Notes: a model not told the origin generated them from the sequence alone. A DNA stretch of 64,000 bases from an uncultured Chloroflexia bacterium (GCA_963774265.1 CAVZDU010000002.1:224001-288000), one strand, 5' to 3'. Shown: positions 54,259-63,223, counted from the stretch's first letter. Program-made: numbers and translations.

Positions 54259-54594
54259 ATGGCCTACTTTTTCGATTCGGCTGCGCGCACGCGCAAGGAG
54301 CTCTTGCCAGGCGTGGCTTCGCGCACTTTCTGGGGCGAACGCATGCTCCTGTCCCTGGTCGACCTTGACCGCGGCGCCTCGATCCCACCCCACGCCCATC
54401 CTCACGAACAGGTGGGGATGGTCATCAGTGGGGCGATGGAAATGACAATCGCGGGCGAGACCCGCCAGGTGAGCCCGGGCGACATATATGTCGTGCCAGG
54501 TGGCGTGGAACACAGCGTGCGGCTGGAAGCAGGGCCATGCCAGGTTCTCGAGGCATTTGCGCCGGTGCGCGAGGAGTACAAGTTTCCGGATTGA
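54259..54594 (+). CDS. Cupin domain protein
   Basis: HAHPHEQ...G...VPGGVEH. Confidence 0.9.
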   Translation: MAYFFDSAARTRKELLPGVASRTFWGERMLLSLVDLDRGASIPPHAHPHEQVGMVISGAMEMTIAGETRQVSPGDIYVVPGGVEHSVRLEAGPCQVLEAFAPVREEYKFPD

Positions 54595-54628
54595 TTGGAT
54601 GCTGAGTCAGGGAGAAACGGCGTCTGAT

Positions 54629-54657
54629 TTGACCTGGGTCCGGTTTACGGCTATAAT
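54629..54657 (+). promoter_or_regulatory. Near-consensus sigma70 promoter for tRNA-Lys
   Basis: TTGACC-17 nt-TATAAT. Confidence 0.75.
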
Positions 54658-54693
54658 TTCGACTGCTGTGAAGGTGCAACGTCGTCTTCATGC

Positions 54694-54766
54694 GGGTCGC
54701 TAGCTCAATTGGCAGAGCATCTGACTCTTAATCAGAGGGTTCAGGGTTCGAGTCCCTGGCGACTCA
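54694..54766 (+). tRNA. tRNA-Lys (anticodon CTT); CCA not encoded
   Basis: Acceptor GGGTCGC/GCGACTC, D arm GCTC...GAGC, anticodon loop CTCTTAA, T arm CAGGG-TTCGAGT-CCCTG. Confidence 0.96.
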
Positions 54767-55002
54767 TGACTAATCAGAGGGGGGAAAACGTCCGTTGCGA
54801 TGTTTTCCGGTGACGGCGCCCCGTTTGGGGCGAGGAAGTTGGGTATTCGGTTGTCAAGGTGCGTGAATGGCCCGAAGGCAATCGTGACTTGAATCGGCAG
54901 CGCGCCAACGCTGCCGATTCGCTTTAACGGGCCGGCGGCGGAACGGTCTAGCAGCGCCTCGATGCGGTTCCAATCGTCAGCGGTCAGCCCGATGTAGCCC
55001 AT
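54700..55002 (-). pseudogene. Probable truncated hypothetical gene running antisense into the tRNA
   Basis: GGAG RBS before MGYIGLTADDWNRIEALL; the frame only ends inside the tRNA. Confidence 0.35.
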
Positions 55003-55034
55003 CGAGTACTCCGTTACGTAGCAGATCCGGCCCT

Positions 55035-55071
55035 AACGCAAAAGGCCGCCCACGGCTTGACCGGGGCGGCC
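55035..55071 (-). terminator. Intrinsic terminator at the end of a structured leader or small RNA
   Basis: Minus strand GGCCGCCC-CGG-tcaag-CCG-t-GGGCGGCC followed by TTTTGCGTT. Confidence 0.65.
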
Positions 55072-55244
55072 CCTTCGACTACACTACCCTCCGCCAGGAC
55101 GCCCCACGTCTTGGCCACAGCCTCGGGCCCTCGACCGGCCGCGACGCTTTGTGTTTCCTGGCACGGAATACTACCACAAGTCGTTGTCTGGGCCAATCAT
55201 TCCAGACAGGAGCGGTATTGCTCCATGCCCGTTTTGTCGTGTTA

Positions 55245-55304
55245 TCATGCGGCCAGCCGGCGCCCAGGATCGTCCTGGGCCCGATCTCTCAGAAGGAAGC
55301 GCAT
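55245..55304 (-). pseudogene. Remnant start of a DUF5615 PIN-like toxin
   Basis: ATG overlapping the DUF433 stop (TGATG) reads MRFLL, then unrelated sequence and a stop after 19 codons. Confidence 0.5.
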
Positions 55305-55552
55305 CAGGTCGGCTCTGCAGTCAATGGCGGGAAGAGGGTGCTCTGGAGGGATTGGGCGGCGAACAAGAGGCAGGCCTGAATATCGGCACGCTCAAGGCCC
55401 TTGTATTCGTCCAGTATTTCAGCCTCGGTTGCGCCGTTTGCCAGCAGGTTTAGGATGTATTCCACCGTCAGCCGTGTACCGCGAACGATCGGTTTGCCAA
55501 CCATCACTCGAGGATTGATGACGACGCGATCGAGCAGAAGATCTCCCTTCAT
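55304..55552 (-). CDS. DUF433 family antitoxin
   Basis: RVVINPRVMVGKPIVRGTRLTVEYILNLLANGAT...DIQACLLFA. Confidence 0.92.
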   Translation of the reverse strand: MKGDLLLDRVVINPRVMVGKPIVRGTRLTVEYILNLLANGATEAEILDEYKGLERADIQACLLFAAQSLQSTLFPPLTAEPT

Positions 55553-55944
55553 GAATCATTACCTCGGCCGTCATGATATACCGGAAGGTTCTGGATGTCT
55601 AGCCGCGATTTGCCCCGCCGGAAGCGACAGTGCTCCCAAAGAGGACCCCCGCACGCTGGGCGTCCCCCCCCCATGTCTTCCCCACTCGGACGGCATCGCC
55701 GCCTCCTGTCCCTCGCCGGCCCCGAGCGCGAGTCCATCCTGAGATGCAAACGGCCGCGGTGCACATGCCGCGGCCGTTCTGTCCTGCCCTGTGCCCCTTA
55801 CGGGGCCGACCCACAAAACCGCAGATCGCACTCCTCGCACAGATAGATCTGCGTGCGCGGAAAGACCAGCATGAGGCTGCCGGCTGCGGCCTGAAGGAGG
55901 GCTCCTTCGGGCCGCGAATCTGGGCTGCGATGCGGCAGACGCGA

Positions 55945-56433
55945 CTATTTGCACTCCATGCTGAAATTGTCAACGGAGGTCGTCACCGTTCCGTTGGCGT
56001 TCACGGTGGCGTGGAACGTCTCATGCACGAGATAGTTATTGTCCGGGCCGGCACCAATGATACGGAAGTTGTTCACATATGTTGCGGTGAAGGGAAGAGA
56101 AGCCGCTGCCACGGTGAGGGTGTCGCGGGTAATGCCCGTGGCCCGGTATTGGGTTCCGGTGGACCCTACACCGCTGACGCCCATTGGTTGGTAGTGGGAT
56201 TGCAGGGTTAATCCACCGGTGCCATTAAACACGACCGCAGACACAATGTGCAGTTCACCAGTGAGATACACATCCTCACCGGTTCCGCCGCTTGCACAAG
56301 AAACATTCACGTATAGTTCGAGGGGGACTTTCTCGCTGGTGACAACCGGCGCAGCCGCGCTGAACGCGGGAAGCACAGCCCCCAGCAGCAGCGTTAGAGT
56401 CAGAGTAATCGCGAGCATAAGACGTGACTTCAT
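55945..56433 (-). CDS. Secreted beta-rich hypothetical protein
   Basis: Signal peptide MKSRLMLAITLTLTLLLGAVLPAFSA; Thr/Gly/Val-rich strands; two Cys, one near each end. Confidence 0.75.
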   Translation of the reverse strand: MKSRLMLAITLTLTLLLGAVLPAFSAAAPVVTSEKVPLELYVNVSCASGGTGEDVYLTGELHIVSAVVFNGTGGLTLQSHYQPMGVSGVGSTGTQYRATGITRDTLTVAAASLPFTATYVNNFRIIGAGPDNNYLVHETFHATVNANGTVTTSVDNFSMECK

Positions 56434-56789
56434 CTGCCTTTTTCCTTCCATACACGACTCGGCTCTGGTCGGACATTTGATGGCAGGGCCAAAGCAAGGG
56501 TTTGGTGGGCCACCCACACAACTCAAACTGCGTACATTCAGAACACAAACACGGTAGCCGACAGATGATGAAGAAAATGTAGTGGCGATTCCTGTCTCGA
56601 GTTCACAAAAATGCGATATGTCGCGCCCGCGATTGGGATGGTGTGCATCACTTGCCGGAATTGCCGAACTCTCGGTACTACTGCACTCCAGGGACAAGCA
56701 AGAAACCAAACTCACCTGCGCGGTTGGAGTTGTCGGACTCTCTTCCCGCGTTGTTCGTGCCGCGGACGATGAAGCACTGGGCCTGGCCG

Positions 56790-56915
56790 TCAACCAGGAT
56801 GCCAGAAAGTGATGGTGACCACCGGCGAGACAGGCAGGGTGAATTCATCCGCGCCGAGGTCCGGCAAAGCGTCGCGCGGCTCGCCGTTCATGTCATCGGT
56901 CACCTCCGAAATTGT
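56790..56915 (-). pseudogene. C-terminal remnant of a secreted beta-helix / choice-of-anchor-type protein
   Basis: VTDDMNGEPRDALPDLGADEF matches the common D..G..R...D[IL]GA.E tail; no credible N-terminus. Confidence 0.45.
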
Positions 56916-56916
56916 T

Positions 56917-56968
56917 CCCTTAACGCAAACGGCCGCGGCATTCGTGTCGCGGCCGTTTGCGTTAAGGG
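56917..56968. repeat. 24-bp near-perfect inverted repeat with a TTCG loop
   Basis: CCCTTAACGCAAACGGCCGCGGCA-ttcg-TGTCGCGGCCGTTTGCGTTAAGGG, with one G:T pair. Confidence 0.85.
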
Positions 56969-57263
56969 GCGTGCAGCTAGACTGGGTCTGATCCGCAGGA
57001 TTGGAGGGCGCACTGCCCGCGCAAGGCCGCTCACGGGGGGACGATGCTCGCGCACCGTTTCTCTTTCCCGTTCTCACGGGGGTGGGTTCGCCTCGTTCGG
57101 CTTGACGATGACGCCTTCATGCATGAGCGAGAGCCGGTGGACATTGCTGGATTTGATGCCGTCCATATTGAGAATGCGCGCCAGTTCGGCCTGGGCGGAC
57201 TCATCGGCTTAGTTTGTATAGTCATGGCAACCTCCATGAGTTGGGCGTGAATCAGGTCAAGAA

Positions 57264-57294
57264 GACGCCGGTCACTGATTGGGTGACCGGCGTT
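57264..57294 (-). terminator. Hairpin, probable terminator
   Basis: GACGCCGGTCAC...GTGACCGGCGTT; followed by TTCTT on the minus strand. Confidence 0.55.
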
Positions 57295-57505
57295 GATATG
57301 AGAGGACTGATATACAGCGATGTCACTTACGCTTGGACTACAGACTCCTAGGGATCAAAGTATCTGCCGATGCAAAGAGGTAAGGGCGATTTTGCCAACC
57401 TCGCGATCATCTCGCTCTGCGCCTGCTCCTCCAGTGCGAGGGTGCGGGCCTCACCTCCAGGTGCTGTCTGGGCGCTTAGCTCACCTCCTTGTGAAGGTAG
57501 CAGCC

Positions 57506-57931
57506 TCACAGAATAATCGGCAATCTCTCGACAGCATTAGCTGACCCATCAACAGGTTCATCGGTGAATTGAATCCACTCGACAGGCGTGACGAGCGGCG
57601 GGGGATCACTCTCGACCGCCCTGAGGAACCAATACACCATGTTTACGTCGCCGGGGATGTAGGCCAACCCGTAGCTCACGTCGATCTTCGCCAGACGCAC
57701 CGAACCATTGTCTGTATCATACACGAGGACAGTTGTGCAGAGGCAACTCTTGATGGCTCGGGTTGTATTGGCGAGGCCAGGTGCCCACGGGCAACTGGAG
57801 GCATCTAACTCGCTCAGCCAATTGTCGATCATCTCGAGCTGACCATTATCCGCTTCGCTATCTTCCAAGTAATGCTGTACGCTCTGCAAACGTTGGCGCT
57901 CTGACTTCAAGTTCGCGGACTGGTGAATCAT
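57506..57931 (-). CDS. Hypothetical protein
   Basis: GGGAGG RBS, 141 aa, co-oriented with the two upstream genes. Confidence 0.65.
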   Translation of the reverse strand: MIHQSANLKSERQRLQSVQHYLEDSEADNGQLEMIDNWLSELDASSCPWAPGLANTTRAIKSCLCTTVLVYDTDNGSVRLAKIDVSYGLAYIPGDVNMVYWFLRAVESDPPPLVTPVEWIQFTDEPVDGSANAVERLPIIL

Positions 57932-57968
57932 AACAGTACCTCCCAGCTATTGCTCCAACAAAGAGCAA

Positions 57969-58070
57969 TTACCAGTGACTCGGATAGTTCGGACGGCTGA
58001 GCGAGAAGCCTACAATCAAACCTATGATGAAGGCTACCAGCAACAAGATTACGATCACGTCGATGTCCAT
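57969..58070 (-). CDS. 33-aa single-pass membrane peptide
   Basis: MDIDVIVILLLVAFIIGLIVGFSLSRPNYPSHW, preceded by GGAGAGG. Confidence 0.65.
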   Translation of the reverse strand: MDIDVIVILLLVAFIIGLIVGFSLSRPNYPSHW

Positions 58071-58462
58071 GTGGTCCTCTCCTCCGGTGATCGATGCCTG
58101 GCACCGATCACCGAGCGTTCTCTGCAACAGCTTGCGCACAAGGTGGCGGAGGGAATGCAATCGAGACGTTCGGGACTGATGCCCTCACCGCACTGCTCAC
58201 AATAGCCGTACACCCCTTCACTGAGCAGTCGCAGTGCGTGCTGCACCTGCTGCATAGATGCGTTGCGTCGACCCACCTTCTGCTTCCATTCGTAGACGAG
58301 CAACCAATCATTAGCTCGATCTGCTGGATCGCTGGATGCCGTGCGGGCGCTAGTGGCGGCCTGCAAAGCACTTTCGTCAGTCTCGTAGTCCTGGCTTTTT
58401 AGGTTGCAGAATTCATCCTGCAGAATTCTCCGGTATTCAGCTAGTTTGATGTTCGTCAGCAT
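58055..58462 (-). CDS. DksA/TraR family C4 zinc-finger protein
   Basis: Coiled-coil tip DPADRA (DxxDxA); GVYGYCEQCGEGISPERLDCIPSATLCASC. Confidence 0.88.
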   Translation of the reverse strand: MLTNIKLAEYRRILQDEFCNLKSQDYETDESALQAATSARTASSDPADRANDWLLVYEWKQKVGRRNASMQQVQHALRLLSEGVYGYCEQCGEGISPERLDCIPSATLCASCCRERSVIGARHRSPEERTTWTST

Positions 58463-58747
58463 CTGATTCTCTCTTTCTGAAGCGCTCGGCTTGCTGATTA
58501 CGCCTACAGGGTATTGCATTTTCTTCTTTGCATCATGAAGCAAACGCGTTATGCATGTGACGGATTCTTCTATGTATCGCATGATCGGAGAGAGGTGCGT
58601 CGGGAGAAGCAGTAGGAACATGATGCATTCTGACTAGTGGGGAAGCCTGATGAGTAGTGCTTTTTGGGTCTTGGTACGGGTGAATAGAGGGATGACGTGA
58701 TCAAGCCGACGCGCTATAATTCGAACATCGGCGTGGGAGGCTAAAGG

Positions 58748-61679
58748 ATGCTCGATCGTAAATTTGATTCGCCAGATCGTCAGCGTTTGTCGCCTCGCTG
58801 GCAGGCGCTTAACGGTGTTCTCAACAGCGCGATGGTGTGGTGGCGTTTTGCCTTGATCTCGGCGGCAGTTCTGATCATTAAAACACCCGATGCGCGTGAG
58901 AACGCGCATCGGGTGCTTCTGACCTGGGCGGTTTCGTACGGCATCTATTCAGTTGTTGCCCTGTGGATTTCTGTGGCCTTCCCTGCATTCTATCATAAGC
59001 GACCGGCACGGCGGCTGCGGATTCTCGTTGATGTAGCTGCTATTACCATAGCACTTTTCATCGATCCGCTTGCTCTCCGATTTCTTTGGGTTTTCTACGC
59101 GATGCGTGTGCTAGCGGCTCTGCGCTATTTCGACGGGAACGAATGGTGGATCGTTCTGGGGACAAGCATCGTGAGCATTGTGGCGGCCACTTTGACTTTT
59201 GAGCCGCTGGGCAACGGTAATGCTGTGGCGATTGTTGGCAAGAGTGCGACCCTTGGAGTCATTACTGGAGGGTTCCATTACCTGCAAAGGCTCATCCCGC
59301 GTCTCTCAAACGCGGACTTCGTATCCGAATCAGCGCTGAAGTTACTGCAAGGTCTGGATCGAGGTCAGATTCTTGAGCAGATTGCACATCTGGTGCGAGA
59401 CGGCATCCCAACCGCGGACAGCGTTGTAATTCATATGCTAGGTGGCGATGACGGCATCACACTCATCCCGGTTTTCGGGCTTGGAATTGATATCAGCCTC
59501 CTGGGTCGATCGCCCATGCGCCTAGGGGAGGGAATCGCCGGCCGGGTCCTTTCCAACCGAATCGTGGATAATGTTGGCGATGTTAGAAGAAATCAGCACT
59601 TCCAACCACTGCCTGAAGATTCGCCGAGCTTGGTGTCGCTGCTGGTGGCGCCAATGTACATGGGTGACAGGAATATCGGCACGATCAGCGTGAACAGCTG
59701 GCGTCGGCGCGCCTTTGATGATCGTGATGAGCAGCTGACAAGGACTGCCGCTTCACAGGCCGCGCTTGCGTTGGCGAATAATCGGTTGTTCGAGAGGGGT
59801 CGTCGCCAGCGGAATCAGTTGAGCCAGATATTGAACGCGAGCTTGACCTTCAACCCCTTGCAGCCCGTGGATCGATTGCTGGATCAACTCGCCGAGGCTG
59901 TTTGTCGATACAGTGCGTTCGGCATGGCAGCAGTTAATCTGATTGATGACGCGATGGGGACCGTTTCGGTCGTTGCCACGGCGGGCATTCCTCAGCCCGC
60001 ACGAGAGGAACTGATGAAACAACGTATCCTCCTCTCGGAACTAGAGCCGTTGCTTCAGGAGCAGTTTCAGGTAAGCAGTATCCTATTTCGTGCACCACAA
60101 CCGTATGCCAAGTGGCCTGAACCTAGATGCCTATGGTTATACCCCGGACCTACCGGAGGCTGGTCCTGGTATGTGGCACAAAAAAGATGTTCTACTGGTT
60201 CCGATCGTAGAGCAAAACGGCAAGGTGTTAGGATATCTCTCGGTAGATGCCCCTGAGGATAAACAATTGCCGTCTTTCGAGTCAGTTCAGATCCTCGAAG
60301 TTCTAGCCAGACTTATCGGTGGCATGGCCTCTACAGCAGGGCTTTACGAAAAACTTCAGCAACAAAGTGGAGAGACAGAACGAGTCACCCGTTTGCTGCA
60401 TCTGCTAAACCGAATTGGCACTGTCACGCCCACCATGACCTCTCTTGAACGGATACTGCATGTCCACCTTACGGGAATCACGTCCAATGACGGCCTCCGT
60501 TTTAATCGTGCAAGTTTGTTTCAGTTGGAGCACGATGAGCGAACCTTGACCGGCGTAATGGCTATCGGTCAACTGGACGAACGCATGGCCCACTCCATTT
60601 GGGAGGAGATGGTCGCTGGCAGTTCTACTATCGACCTTTATCTACAGAATATGCAGGCTGGAGCACCGATCGAATGGACAGAGTTGCACAATCGTATTCA
60701 AGGTAAACGAATCGAGATTCCGGATGATCCATCGAATGCATTATATAGAGTGCTTCAATCCAAGTCCCCATTGATTGTGCATGCGTCATCCGAATCGTCT
60801 TTACCTCCCAATTTCGTCGCTATGTCGGAGACAAACACATCGGTGGTAGTAATCCCCTTGCTTGTGGGGAATCGGTTACTTGGCATGCTTATCTGCGACA
60901 ACAAGTTCACACAGGAGAAGCTAACCAACCTAGATTTGTTACTACACTTCGCCGCACGCATGGCTGCGATGATGGAGAACGATCGACTTAACAGAGAAGC
61001 TCGCGAGTCCGCGTCAGTGGCCGGCTGGCAACAGGGCGCGTACGACGAGCGTCAGCAGTTGCACGATAAACTGCATGACATCGTCGGTGAACTGCAGACA
61101 AGAGTTAGGTGGGATATTGAAGAAGCAACTGAGCATGTCGAGAACGGGCATCGTGAACAGGCAAAGGAGGACTTGGAGGACGGTCTTGCCATTCTGGATC
61201 AGATCACTGGGCCGCTGAAAGGAGTCGTCGAAGACCTGCGTCCAACAATCCTTGCGGGTGGAGACATACTCGACGCACTACGAAGTCGTGCCCCGCGGTT
61301 GCACCCTGGACAGGTTAGTGTGGATGGACAACTCCGCACAGTACTTCCGCAGAAGATTCGAAATGAACTGTATTGGGCGGGGAAAGAAGGCTTGACTAAT
61401 GCCGCCAAGTACTCGGGTGCGAAATCTGATCCGCAGATCCACATAGCGTTGTGGCTTGAGCAGTTGGACGATCAATCCGTTCAATTGTCCATAACTGATA
61501 ACGGCGTAGGATTTGACCCCAAGCTGTTGAACGAAAATGGCCGTTACGGCGGGCTGAGCCGACTCAAACAACGGGTGGAAAGAGCCGGAGGGCAATGTTT
61601 CATCCAATCGAAGGTTGGCACCGGCACGCAGCTATTCGTAGTTTTCTCGCTATCCCAGCAGGGAGCGGAGACAGAGTGA
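58748..61679 (+). CDS. Membrane sensor histidine kinase: TM domain, three GAF domains, HisKA_3 and HATPase_c; frameshift ~60080
   Basis: Hydrophobic N-terminus; GAF motifs GEGIAGRV/SLLVAPM, LLVPIV..GYLSVD and VVIPLL..GMLICDN; H-box ERQQLHDKLHD; EGLTNAAKY, DNGVGF, GGL and GTGT. The frames join by removing one A at agtAtcctat. Confidence 0.88.
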
Positions 61680-62587
61680 GTCAGCTCACCGCAATGGTAG
61701 CTCTGTGTGACGATATCGAGCAAGAGGGTGTTGTTCGCATTCTGGAGCACCAGCCCGATATTCTGGTGCCCTGGGTGCTGTCCACGCTACCTGCGACGCT
61801 GAGTGGCTTCCGGAAGCACCATCCCGATGTTTTGATATTTGATCTGGGTTGGGTTGGTGATAGCGAGACAGCGAGCAGACTTAGGTCAACAATTGCCGAG
61901 CATCCCGCTGCCGTATTGATCGGCATGGCCGCTTATCATGAGCTGAGCTCGAACATTTTCGACGGTATCGCTGACAAAATACTTCTGAAAGTGGCTACGA
62001 GACAGCAACTCCTCGACACGATTCGCGATGTTTGTCGCAGGAAGCGAGGGCTGGACGATCCCGATCTAACATCGGCTCGGGCTGCGTTGCAACGGGTCAC
62101 TCTACGCATACCAGGCGATGCATGGCGGGACCATGAAATAGACATTGCGCAAATTCTCAAGTACGTGTTCTCGCCGGCACTGGGCAGCCAGTACCTTCAA
62201 GCACGGACGCTCGATGGAACAGAGCGAAGAGATGTCGTGATGGTGAACCAGTCAGAAGTAGGCTTCTTTGCTTGGGCTCGCATAAAACATGGCGTTGATT
62301 ACGTGGTGTTTGAGGTCAAGAATGTCAACGAGACCAAGCCTGAGCACCTACATCAGACAGCCGCGTATTGTTGGCGAGCGCTTGGGCGCCTGGGCTTTGT
62401 CGTAGCGAGAACTCACCCGGGGGAAACGTGGGATAGGCACGCCGCTGCGCAGTGGCACCGGCACGAGACAGTGGTCCTGTTATTGTGCGATAACGACCTT
62501 CAGCGGATGGTGGAGATGAAGGCCTTTGGCGAAGATCCAATATGTATAGTTCGGGAACTATACGACCGCCTTATTCTTTCATTGTGA
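61676..62587 (+). CDS. Receiver (REC) domain fused to a PD-(D/E)xK restriction-endonuclease-like domain
   Basis: GTG overlaps the kinase stop (GTGA). REC: CDD, PDVLIFDL and ILLK. Nuclease-like: QARTLDGTERRD, VVFEVKN, HQTAAY and LGRLGFVVAR. Confidence 0.78.
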   Translation: MSQLTAMVALCDDIEQEGVVRILEHQPDILVPWVLSTLPATLSGFRKHHPDVLIFDLGWVGDSETASRLRSTIAEHPAAVLIGMAAYHELSSNIFDGIADKILLKVATRQQLLDTIRDVCRRKRGLDDPDLTSARAALQRVTLRIPGDAWRDHEIDIAQILKYVFSPALGSQYLQARTLDGTERRDVVMVNQSEVGFFAWARIKHGVDYVVFEVKNVNETKPEHLHQTAAYCWRALGRLGFVVARTHPGETWDRHAAAQWHRHETVVLLLCDNDLQRMVEMKAFGEDPICIVRELYDRLILSL

Positions 62588-62595
62588 GGTTACTA

Positions 62596-63216
62596 ATGAG
62601 CCCCAAGATTAGACTGGCCATCGCGGATGATCAAGATATTATCCTGGACGGCATGCAGCGAATCATGGGTTCGCAACCGGATATTGAGATCGTGGCAGCA
62701 ACCAGCGTACTTCCTGAAGCAGAGAATGAGGTAAGGAAACTGCGTCCAGATGTCCTGCTCTTGGACGTGAAGTGGCACGGCGATGAGCAAGCGGGTATCG
62801 ATGCAATAAGGCGACTACGTAGAGACGTACCAGAGACGCGGATAGTCGCTATCACGGTGTATGAGCACCTTATTCGGGATGCTAAGCAGGCGGGTGCCCA
62901 TGCGGTTGTTCTCAAGAGCATCTCGCGCCGTCAGCTGGTCGAACAAATTCGGCAGATTTATCAACAACCTGCTGCGCCGCTACCTGTCGTCACCAATGAT
63001 ATGGTACCCGCTCCCGAAACTCTCAGCGTGCGGGAGCTTGAAGTTCTTGAACTGCTTGCCGAAGGTAAGAGCGATCGCGAAGTGGCCAATGAGCTCAGCA
63101 TTGCGGAAAGCACGGCGAAAAACCATGTGAGTAGTATCCTTAGCAAGCTGGGAGTAGCTAATCGGGCCGCCGCTGTGTCCCTGGGACATCGCCGTAAGCT
63201 CATCAAGACGCAATGA
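62596..63216 (+). CDS. NarL/LuxR family response regulator
   Basis: IADDQ, PDVLLLDV, AITVY, VLK; LSVRELEVLELLAEGKSDREVANELSIAESTAKNHVSSILSKLGV. Confidence 0.95.
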   Translation: MSPKIRLAIADDQDIILDGMQRIMGSQPDIEIVAATSVLPEAENEVRKLRPDVLLLDVKWHGDEQAGIDAIRRLRRDVPETRIVAITVYEHLIRDAKQAGAHAVVLKSISRRQLVEQIRQIYQQPAAPLPVVTNDMVPAPETLSVRELEVLELLAEGKSDREVANELSIAESTAKNHVSSILSKLGVANRAAAVSLGHRRKLIKTQ

Positions 63217-63223
63217 GTCGCAT

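Noticed and set aside
55075-55165. c-di-GMP-II riboswitch (GGAAAC…TAGTG similarity)
   Set aside because: The conserved TGATGAA kink-turn and GCAACCGAC elements are missing. It is kept only as an unassigned structured RNA.
55553-55944. Overlapping Pro/Arg-rich ORFs and a C9 tract
   Set aside because: No RBS or motif support, and the tract is not inside a recognisable gene, so phase variation is unsupported.
56917-56968. Integron attC site (…TAAC / GTTA… ends)
   Set aside because: The stem is essentially perfect, without the extrahelical bases and unpaired spacer of attC. The R' box does not fit GTTRRRY, and no integrase or cassette array is visible.
57031-57237. Small ORF with RBS and an out-of-frame HTH-like segment (QAELARILNM…)
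   Set aside because: It is too short and broken to call; probably a decayed remnant.
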